DNA of 64,000 bases from Eledone cirrhosa (Eukaryota): contig OZ024765.1 in the NCBI GenBank assembly GCA_964016885.1, positions 20,398,001-20,462,000 of the forward strand. The letters are read 5' to 3'. Made by a program: the position numbers and the translations under genes. The notes beneath the pieces were generated by a model. That model saw nothing but the letters and a program-made list of their open reading frames with translations. It was not told the origin of the DNA and did no database searches. Below, one piece after another: positions 54,453 through 64,000 of the stretch (the stretch's first letter is position 1; every line of letters starts with the position of its first letter).

Positions 54453-55090
54453 ATGTATATTTTCAAATACATTTATGGACATAAATATAATATCTTAGAC
54501 TTCTTCTTTATTATTTCAGAATATCAGAGGACATTGATTGAAGAGAATTGTTTAACTTAGCAATATTTATCATCTTTTAAAGACTAAAGGAAGATCTTAT
54601 ACAGAACAGATATAACCCTGTTTATATAAATATCTGGTTGAATTACACTGATTTCCTCTAATCTGAGATTAAAAACAACATTTCTCTACTTCACTGCCTG
54701 GAATGTAACTTAACTAAACACAAATATATCCCCTCTCAACAGAAGCCATATTGTGGTAACCCCTCACATATAAATTTTTTCTCTGCTTCACAACCTGGAA
54801 TGTGTAGAACATAAATTCACATTCTCATTAAACTTGGACAAATTTACAAAAAGATTTTCCCAGCATCTTCAGATATCAACAAAGATCACAGTTGATGGAA
54901 ATATAGCTGGAGAAATATTTGTTTGGAATATACTAATACTCTATTACCCTTGCAAGCAGGGAAAAAGCGGATGTAAAATGAAATGATGATGAAATGATTC
55001 CAGCCGACATGCTGAGGCCATGCTAGGGCAACAATATTAAATACAAAAACCTAAAAAATATCTGAATATTGAGGTGAGAAAAGATAAATT

Positions 55091-56674
55091 ATGGAAACTA
55101 ATTTATGTAAGGATCAGATCAAACAGGAAACTGAATCTACAATGATTGATTTTGTTGATGAAAAACTGAAAGAGAACGAAAAGGTAGCAGTCCCTGTTGA
55201 AAAAGATGACTTAACTAGACGTAAATGTATTCATAAGGGAGAGAAAGTATATGACTGTGATATCTGTGGTACATCATTTCCAAAGAAACATGAATTAACG
55301 ATACATCTGCGTACTCATTCAGGAGAGAAGCCATATCACTGTGATACCTGCGGTAAATCATTCGCACAAGCTAATCACTTAAAACGACATGGATACATTC
55401 ATAGGAAAGACAAAGCTTATCATTGCAAAATCTGTGGTAAATTCTATGGTGATAATTGGAACTTAACTATTCACAAACGCATTCATACAGGAGAGAAGCC
55501 ATATAAATGTGATATCTGCGGTAAATCGTTCATTCGGAGTCATCACTTATCTACACACAAACTTATTCATACAGGAGAGAAAACATGTTACTGTCATATC
55601 TGTGGTAAATCATTCTGTCATGGAAATAACTTAACAAAACACATACGAACTCATACAGGAGAGAAACCATATAAATGTGATGTCTGTGGTAAATCCTTCT
55701 CTCAAAATGGTCATTTAACTGGACACAAACGCATTCATACAGGAGAGAAACCTTATCAGTGTATTATTTGTGGTAAATCTTTTGCGAATACATATTCTTT
55801 GTCTACGCATATACGTACTCATACTGGAGAGAAACCATACCACTGTGATATCTGTGGTAAGTCAATGGTAGCATCTACTCAATTGACTGTACATATGCGT
55901 ACTCATACTGGAGAGAAACCATACCACTGTGATATCTGTGATAAATCATTCTCCCATGTGAGACAGCTGAACATTCACAAGGTGATTCATACAAAAGGCC
56001 CACCCTATAACTGTGATATTTGTGGTGATTCGTTTTCTACAAGAAGTGCCTTTGTTGTACATCTGGGCACTCATCCAGCCAAGACATCATATTGCTGTTA
56101 TATCTGTGGTAAATCTTTCACTGGGAATAAGGGATTAGTCATACACATTCGCAGTCATACTGGAGAGAGGCCATATCACTGTGATATCTGTGGTAAATCA
56201 TTCTCTCATAAAAGTTCCTTGACTAAACACGAACGCATTCATACTGGAGTGAAACCATTTCAATGTGATACCTGTGGTAGATCGTTCTCTCGAAAAAGAC
56301 AGTTGACTTCACATATTCGTATTCACACAGGAGAGAAGCCATTTCACTGTGATATCTGTGGTAAATCATACTGTCAAATTGCGGACTTGAAAACTCATAA
56401 ACGCACTCATACAGGAGAGAAACCATATCACTGTGATATCTGTGGTAAATCTTTTACTGGGAACAGCAACTTAGCTACACACAAGCGTATTCATACGGGA
56501 GAGAGACCATATCAATGTGATATCTGTGGTAAATCATTCACCGGATGTGGTAACTTATATTCTCACAAACGTATTCATATAGGAGAGAAACCATATCACT
56601 GTAAAGCTTGTAGTACGTCATTCTCTTTAAAACGTGACTTAGTTACTCATATATGTACTCCTTTAGAAAACTAA
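55091..56674 (+). CDS. C2H2 zinc-finger protein, 527 aa, 17 tandem fingers
   Basis: Intact ATG-to-TAA ORF with repeated Y.CDICGKSF......L..H.R.HTGEKP. Last finger ends H-x-C. Probable exon acceptor TTTCAG| at 54519. Confidence 0.95.
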   Translation: METNLCKDQIKQETESTMIDFVDEKLKENEKVAVPVEKDDLTRRKCIHKGEKVYDCDICGTSFPKKHELTIHLRTHSGEKPYHCDTCGKSFAQANHLKRHGYIHRKDKAYHCKICGKFYGDNWNLTIHKRIHTGEKPYKCDICGKSFIRSHHLSTHKLIHTGEKTCYCHICGKSFCHGNNLTKHIRTHTGEKPYKCDVCGKSFSQNGHLTGHKRIHTGEKPYQCIICGKSFANTYSLSTHIRTHTGEKPYHCDICGKSMVASTQLTVHMRTHTGEKPYHCDICDKSFSHVRQLNIHKVIHTKGPPYNCDICGDSFSTRSAFVVHLGTHPAKTSYCCYICGKSFTGNKGLVIHIRSHTGERPYHCDICGKSFSHKSSLTKHERIHTGVKPFQCDTCGRSFSRKRQLTSHIRIHTGEKPFHCDICGKSYCQIADLKTHKRTHTGEKPYHCDICGKSFTGNSNLATHKRIHTGERPYQCDICGKSFTGCGNLYSHKRIHIGEKPYHCKACSTSFSLKRDLVTHICTPLEN

Positions 56675-56825
56675 CTGCATGAATGTCAAATGATAAAATA
56701 AAGTACCCCATATAACTATAAAGATATATCTACAATATATATAACAGTTGTGATATCAACAGTTGTGATATATAACAGTTGTGATATCAACCTCCAAACA
56801 TTGTATTTTGTATAACTATAACTGG

Positions 56826-58192
56826 ATAGAATAACAACGAATATAGTGAAGAGTTTAGCGTAAAAGTTGGTGTTCATCAGGGATCCGTTCTTAGCCCCCT
56901 ACTATTTATTATTGCCCTTCAGGCTATAACAGAGGAATTCAAGACCGGCTGCCCATGGGAACTCCTATACGCAGATGATCTAACGCTCATAGCTGAATCA
57001 ATGGCCGAACTAGAGAAGAAATTCCAAACATGGAAGCATGGCCTAGAATCAAAAGGCCTTAAAATTAACTTGTCTAAGACTAAAGTTCTAGTTTGTAGGA
57101 AGGAAAATAGGGCACCGGTCCCATCTGGGAAATGGCCATGCTCAGTGTGTAGGAAAGGAGTAGGCAGAAATTCCATTTTATATCCCAAATGCAAAGTATG
57201 GGTGCATAAAAGATGTAGTGGGATCACAGGTATGCTAACTAAGAATATAGATTTTATATGTGGCCGGTGCTCTGGTGCAATAAGTAGCAGCAAGTGCCCA
57301 CAGAATACTAGCTCATTCCATTACACAGATGGCTCTATAGAAATAGTGGACACCTTCCGTTACCTGGGTGACAAAATCAGCAGTGGTGGAGGGTGCTCTG
57401 AAAGTACAGTAGCCAGAGTCAGAATGGGATGGAAAAAGTTCAGAGAGCTTATACCACTATTGGCCGCTAAAGGTTTCTCTCTAAAAATGAAAGGCAGGCT
57501 GTATGATGCCTGCATATGAACAGCAATGTTACATGGCAGTGAGACCTGGGCATTGTGTGCAGAGGATATACGCAGACTGGAGAGGAACGAAGCTTGCATG
57601 CTCCGCTGGATGTGTAATAGTAATATACGTGAACGGCAAAGCATAAACAAACTAAGTGAGAAATTAGATGGTAGCCACGGAGGAGGCAGACCCAGAAAAA
57701 ACCTGGGACGACCTGATAAATTCTGACCTCACACACTTACACCTCTCCAAGACAATGTCACTGGACCGAGATCTTTGGCGCTACACAGTAATACAGAAGA
57801 CCCGCCTTGCCTAAGTACAAAGCGAAACCTACAGTCAGTAGGTACCTCTAACAAAAATACACCCCGTCCCACTACCCCCACCCCATCCACACCACCCCTT
57901 TCAATGTAAAGTTATGTTGGTACCACAACATCCAGTCCGAAACAAATGAGGTCGTGTAGGTGTCACGACAAAAAAACACAGTCCACGCTGTAATGTGGCC
58001 GTGTAGGTAACACGGTAAAAACCTCCCAGTCCACACTGTAAACGTGGTTGGTGTTAGGAAGGGCATCCAGCCGTAGAAAACCCGACACAGTCCTATATGA
58101 ACAAGACAACCAATCTTGCCTCAAGTGGGAAAATTCCCGTCCAAATCCATGCAAGCGTGGAAGGTGGACGTTAAACGATGATGATGATGATG
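56826..58192 (+). mobile_element. RTE LINE, 5'-truncated and degraded, just downstream of the ZNF stop
   Basis: [12 protein letters not shown], stop at 57519, internal deletion near 57665, (GAT)n tail. Confidence 0.93.
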
Positions 58193-58289
58193 TATCTACA
58201 TTGGTGAAATAATTTACCTCTGTAATATTTTTAATAAAATCTTTCTTTCAAAATACTTAAATATATTCTTTGTTACTTATTATTAAGCA

Positions 58290-59520
58290 ACCAGTCCACA
58301 CTGTAAAGTGATCATGTAGGTGTCACGACAGAAAGCACCCAGTCCACACTGTAAAGTGGTCATGTAGATGTCAACAAATAGCACCCAGTCCAAACTGAAG
58401 TGTTCATGTAGGTGTCATGACCAAATGCACCCAGTACTCTCTGTAAAGTGGTCATGTAGGTGTCATGACAAAAAGCACACAGTCCACACTGTAAAGTGGT
58501 CATGTAGGTGTCACAACAAAAAGCACCCAGTCCACACTGTAAAGTGGTCATGTAGGTGTCACAACAAAAAGCACCCAGTCCACACTGTAAAGTGGTCATG
58601 TAGGTGTCATGACAAAAAGCACACAGTCCACACTGTAAAGTGGTCATGTAGGTGACACAACAAAAAGCACACAGTCCACACTGTAAAGTGGTCATGTAGG
58701 TGTCACAACAAAAAGCACCCAGTCCACACTGTAAAGTTGTCATGTAGATGTCAACAAATAGCACCCAGTCCACACTGTAAAGTTGTCATGTAGATGTCAA
58801 CAAATAGCACCCAGTCTACACTGAAGTGTTCATGTAGGTGTCATGACAAAAAGCACCCAGTACTCTCTGTAACGTGGTCATGTAGGCGTCATGACAAAAA
58901 GCACCCAGTCCACACTGTAAAGTGGTCATGTAGGTGTCACAACAAACAGCCCCCTGTCCATACTGTAAAGTGGTCATGTAGGTGTCACAACAAAAAGCAC
59001 CCAGTCCATACTGTAAAGTCATGTAGGTGTCACAACAAACAACACCCAGTCCATACTGTAAAGTGGTCATGTAGGTGTCACAACAAACAACACCCAGTCC
59101 ATACTGTAAAGTGGTCATGTATGTGTTATAATAAAAAGTTCCCAGTCCACACTGTAAAGTGGTCATGTAGGTGTCACAACAAACAACACCCAGTCGATAC
59201 TATAAAGTGGTAATGTAGGTGTCACAACAAAAAGCACCCAGTCCATACTGTAAAGTGGTCATGTATGTGTCATGACAAAAAGTACCCAGTCCACACTGTA
59301 AAGTGGTCATGTAGGTGTCACAACAAACAACACCCAGTCAATATTATAAAGTGGTCATGTAGGTGTCACAACAAAAAGCACCTAGTCCATACTATAAAGT
59401 GGTCATGTAGGTGTCACAACAAAAAGCACCCAGTCCACACTGTAAAGTGGTCATGTAGGTGTCACAACAAAAAACACCCAGCCCACACTGTAAAGTGGTC
59501 ATGGAAGTGTCACAACAAAC
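58290..59520. repeat. ~40-bp satellite, reverse orientation of 45288-46555
   Basis: Unit CACCCAGTCCACACTGTAAAGTGGTCATGTAGGTGTCAC. Confidence 0.93.
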
Positions 59521-59572
59521 AAGTGTATATATATATACACACATATATATATATACACACATATATATATAT

Positions 59573-59617
<45 letters not shown>

Positions 59618-59635
59618 TATATATATATATATATA

Positions 59636-60057
59636 ATATATAAGAACAAAAGATGGTTAAAAGAGTTCCATGTATTTTATTATGCGCATTTCAAAAACAA
59701 ATATCATCATGCAATAACATTTGTGTTTTCATCAGATAAAACAGGAAGACATGATATGAAGGTTAAAAAACACTTGTGGATAGTGCAGTTTTAAATCAAA
59801 ATATGTTGATTTAAAACTGCACTATCCACAAGTGTTTTTAACCTTCATATCATGTCTTCCTGTTTTATCTGATGAAAACACAAATATTATTGCATGATGA
59901 TATTTGTTTTTGAAATGCGCATAATAAAATACATGGAACTCTTTTAACCATCTTTTGTTCTTATATATTATGTATACTCCAGTCCTACAAACTGTAGAGT
60001 GCTTCTTATCCGATATTTGCATTGCTTTATTGTACTACAATAAAACTCACCTCCTAC
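59636..60057. mobile_element. Fold-back element with a hammerhead in each arm
   Basis: Arms of about 165 bp around 59799-59805, plus a unique 3' flank also seen inverted at 11129-11210. Confidence 0.85.
59863..59929 (+). ncRNA. Hammerhead ribozyme fold
   Basis: TTTTAT-CTGATGA-AAACACAAATATTAT...ATGATATTTGTTTTT-GAAA-TGCGCA-TA-ATAAAA. Mirror copy at 59675-59741 on -. Confidence 0.78.
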
Positions 60058-60090
<33 letters not shown>

Positions 60091-60105
60091 TATATATATA
60101 TATAT

Positions 60106-60148
<43 letters not shown>

Positions 60149-60170
60149 TATATATATATACACACACACA

Positions 60171-60202
<32 letters not shown>

Positions 60203-60472
60203 ACACACAAACACTACAGGGAGCCTCACCCCAGAAAGAATTCTATAGACTTCTGACTGAGGAATGCTCTCAGAACTGACCAATGGGAAGTTTGACACTT
60301 TTTTTGTTATTTTGTTCCTTTACCACCTTGTCCCTTCTACCATTTTATTAATTTTTTAAGCTAACTCCAACAATAACAACACTTAGAATGAGGAATGTTC
60401 TAACAACTGACCAATGAGAGGAGAAGAGGCCCTTTGACACTAAAATTCGTTTGTTTGAATTCATATGATTCC

Positions 60473-60825
60473 AGTTCCTCAGTGAAATAACAACCCAACC
60501 AGGAACTGGGCATATCAGAGTATTGACAATATTATACACCTCAACAACATATGTACTTGTCTCTACCACACTAATTCGGACTGCCTGAAGAGGTCACAGC
60601 CAAAGATGGCTGTCACTGAAATATATATAGCAGTAATAAACGAAGCTAAATTTTAAACATTTGACTTTTTATTTAACTTTATTTTACATTACTCTGGAGT
60701 AACCAAACCAACCTGCGCACTTCGTCGAGTGCTCCAGCCTGCATACTGAGGTGTTGGTATACAACCAACATATACTCAAAATCTATATATACACACATAT
60801 ATATATATATATATACACACACATA

Positions 60826-60879
<54 letters not shown>

Positions 60880-60892
60880 TATATATATATAT

Positions 60893-60931
<39 letters not shown>

Positions 60932-60932
60932 T

Positions 60933-60965
<33 letters not shown>

Positions 60966-61032
60966 AATATACACACACACATATATATATATATATATAA
61001 ATATACACACACACATATATATATATATATAT

Positions 61033-61079
<47 letters not shown>

Positions 61080-61104
61080 TATATATATATATATACACAC
61101 ACAC

Positions 61105-61144
<40 letters not shown>

Positions 61145-61176
61145 GTGTGTGTATATATATAAATATATATATATAT

Positions 61177-61229
<53 letters not shown>

Positions 61230-61515
61230 ATATATATATATAAAATAAAGTTAAATAAAAAGTCAAATGATTAAAATTTAGCTTCGTTTATTACTGCTAT
61301 ATATATTTCAGTGACAGCCATCTTTGGCTGTGACCTCTTCAGGCAGTTTGAATTAGTGTGGTATAGACAAGTACATATGTTGTTGAGGTGTATAATATTG
61401 TCAATACTCTGATATGTCCAGTTCCTGGTTGTGTTGTTATTTCACTGAGGAACTTCGTCGAGTGCTCCAGCCTGCATACTGAGGTGTTGGTATACAACCA
61501 ACATAAACTCAAAAT
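60473..61515. mobile_element. Inverted pair of a ~210-bp hammerhead-bearing unit around a microsatellite
   Basis: 60473-60685 is the reverse complement of 61241-61454. The segment CTTCGTCGAGTGCTCC...CTCAAAAT follows both units in direct orientation. Confidence 0.82.
60580..60634 (+). ncRNA. Hammerhead ribozyme fold
   Basis: ACTGC-CTGAAGA-GGTCACAGCCA AAGA TGGCTGTCACT-GAAA-TATATA-TA-GCAGT. Identical copy at 61293-61347 on -. Confidence 0.8.
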
Positions 61516-61525
61516 ATATATATAT

Positions 61526-61616
<91 letters not shown>

Positions 61617-61665
61617 TACACATATATATATATATATACACACATATATATATATATATACACAC

Positions 61666-61696
<31 letters not shown>

Positions 61697-61849
61697 CACA
61701 TATATATATATACATATATATATATATATTCATTAGTTAAGCAAAACAAGGCCACAAACTTCACAAGGAAGACATTAAAAGATTGTCAACATATTTTAGT
61801 TTGATGTAAGGAATGTAGAGAATAATAATAATAATAATATTAATAATAA

Positions 61850-62030
61850 TAATTGTTTCTACTTTAGGCACAAGGCCAGCAATTATCCAGTGCATTACTG
61901 GTACTTTATTTTATCGACCCCGTAAGGATGAAAGGCAAAGTCAACCTCGGCGGGATTTGAACTCAGATCATAAAGGGACGTAACTATGCTGGAAAGCATG
62001 GCGTCCGACCCTCTACCGATACTGCCAATT
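61850..62030 (-). mobile_element. tRNA-SINE (21.4-kb family)
   Basis: Same core and B-box. Confidence 0.8.
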
Positions 62031-62559
62031 CATTAATTCATATTAATAATAATAATGTCCGTTTACAATTGTTTCGCTACTCCATATAATATTTCTGGAT
62101 CAGATGATTATGTATCATAATTGATCTGGTTCAGTTGAAAATAATTAACATATTTAAAAAACAGAGTGGCTTATCGGAACTTCAAAGGAATATAAATTAA
62201 AATAATGGGATAATGTTACATAATATAGTGTTCCATATATTGGTTTTTACTATGGTGCCTTGGTTGCATCAGTTGTCAGCCATAATCAAGCAGTATTCAT
62301 CTGTCGAGGCTGCATTATGTGAGATCTGCCTATGGGTAACAATATGGCTGCCAAAGGGCATATTTACCTTACTAATTAGAGGGTGGTTTCAGGGGAAGTA
62401 ACTTCTAGAGTGATTAGAAATTGTGAGTGTTTATAGTTAAGTGCTAATTTTTAAATTTTTTAATTGAGAAACAATGTAGGGGAGGTAACTTATAATTATC
62501 GAGTTGTTCATAGCAATTTAACTTATTAGCTACAAGTAAAAATGGGGCTACATGACTAA

Positions 62560-63270
62560 GTTGGGTCAAAAATTCTATTGGCGAAGGAATTAGCCCTTCG
62601 ATGTTGACAGCTAATGGTTACCTCCGTTCTATCGTTAATCGGTAGAGGTCGTGATAGAGTTATGTAATGTGCTTCCGTAACACAGAGATCACAAGATTTT
62701 CCTCATCCATTGAACGGTTGGGCCCTAGCCACGATATCCCACTTTAGTGAGTGTTGAACGTTGTTTAATTTAAGGTTTTTAATGAGCCTAGCTAGCGATG
62801 TCGAACATCTGTTGCTAGGGTCTCGGAAGGAAAAAGAGTGCGCATTATAGCGTACCTTAAAAGGGTTAGAGGTAGACCCGATATAAGAGCTGGTATTCGA
62901 AGCAGTCTCAACCGTGCACCTATAGACTATGTTGGGTGTCAGGCAGTGTCCATATTTAATGGGCATGCATCAAACTCAATTCAAAAAGAATCAGGATATA
63001 GATTCATCCACAGAATTTGGTGAAATCCAGGGAAAAATCAATAGAGCCTTAACTCAGAATAAAATAAAGTTTAAAATACTCATCCTTCAATTTGGAAAAA
63101 CTACAATGCTCTGTATAGTCTTAAAGACTATTTCACGAAACTTTCAGTGGGATGGTCACGGTTGGAGTCGATCATCAGCAGAGCTGAAAGACACGATAAC
63201 CAAAGTACCACTGTTTATAATATGCCAAAAAGGGAATTTAAAAGCAGGCTAGTTCAACATCATGCGTAAT
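62560..63270 (-). mobile_element. Third Penelope-like element, GIY-YIG-containing 3' fragment
   Basis: CPIKYGHCLTPNIVYRCTV...YIGSTSNPFKVRYNAH...WDIVARAQPF..*GKSCDLC. Confidence 0.8.
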
Positions 63271-63304
63271 TATGAAGAAAAACGCACATGTACAGACAGA
63301 GATA

Positions 63305-63519
63305 CAGGGTGTTCCCCAAAAATGTATACACACTTGAACATAAAAAAAATACCTTAAAGTAAATTCTGTTTATATGTATTTAAATTACATAAACATTTTT
63401 GTGTGTTTACATACAACTGAATGATCTGGAGATCATTTCATTTTGGGGAAAGACTGCATTCTTATAAATATTGCTTGTACAGGTAACCAAAGTGTGTATA
63501 CATTTTTGGGGACACCCTG
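63305..63519. mobile_element. Tc1/mariner-type MITE
   Basis: TA|CAGGGTGTTCCCCAAAAATGTATACACACTT...AAGTGTGTATACATTTTTGGGGACACCCTG|TA. Confidence 0.8.
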
Positions 63520-63585
63520 TATATATATATATATGTTATGGAATACTGTTAGCTTCTCGCTACAACAATTTCTATACCTTTCATT

Positions 63586-63626
<41 letters not shown>

Positions 63627-64000
63627 ACATACACACAATTTCCTTTCCCCGACATCTGTCTTACAGTCAACTGAGGTTTTCATTACAATATTTCGTATAA
63701 CGGCGATTTCTCTCAGAACATCTGCCTGTTACCAGTCATCTATGGGCAATCTTATATTATTTTAGACTACATATCAACTTTACACAGATACATATATTTT
63801 CTATCGAATCTGTGGCTAAAGGCATAAAGTCAGCTTTACTACTTCATTCTCATCATGGCTTTAGAATATACAAGAACTTTAATGTTGTAGAATGAAGTCG
63901 ATAAATTAGATAAAATCGTACATTCATTGTTGGAATCTGAAGACGGTAAGTTGATAAATATTTGCGAAGCATTTTGAAAGTGAAATTTGTTTTTTTAAAA

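Noticed and set aside
62703-62705. In-frame TGA in the Penelope GIY-YIG region as possible selenocysteine
   Set aside because: It is not at an evident conserved Cys position (PFNG*GKSC), no SECIS was recognised, and the copy is decayed.

Overview
Repeat-dense, AT-rich animal genomic DNA, most likely octopus or another cephalopod (inferred from huge (TA)n-derived tracts, RTE/CR1/Penelope retroelements, tRNA-SINEs and an intronless HTGEKP-type C2H2 gene). Two host genes are visible on the + strand: the last two coding exons of an integrin beta (15459-15625 and 20943-21011, with an unusual NPIY/NPVW tail) and a 17-finger C2H2 zinc-finger CDS (55091-56674) with a probable GC-rich promoter and first exon at about 47.7-47.9 kb. 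Most of the supplied ORFs are microsatellite artefacts. The most notable hidden signal is a set of type-I hammerhead-ribozyme folds (CUGANGA-stem II-GAAA-stem III-NUH) from about seven unrelated sequence families. They lie in Penelope pLTRs, in short non-coding fold-back elements and in isolated islands within (TA)n, and four families share a C.Y mismatch at pair 4 of stem II. Also present: a Penelope fragment joined at a native CCCTAA to a 725-bp telomeric array in the orientation expected for telomere-primed reverse transcription, and several satellites that arose from pieces of transposons. All calls are by eye; no searches or folding programs were run.
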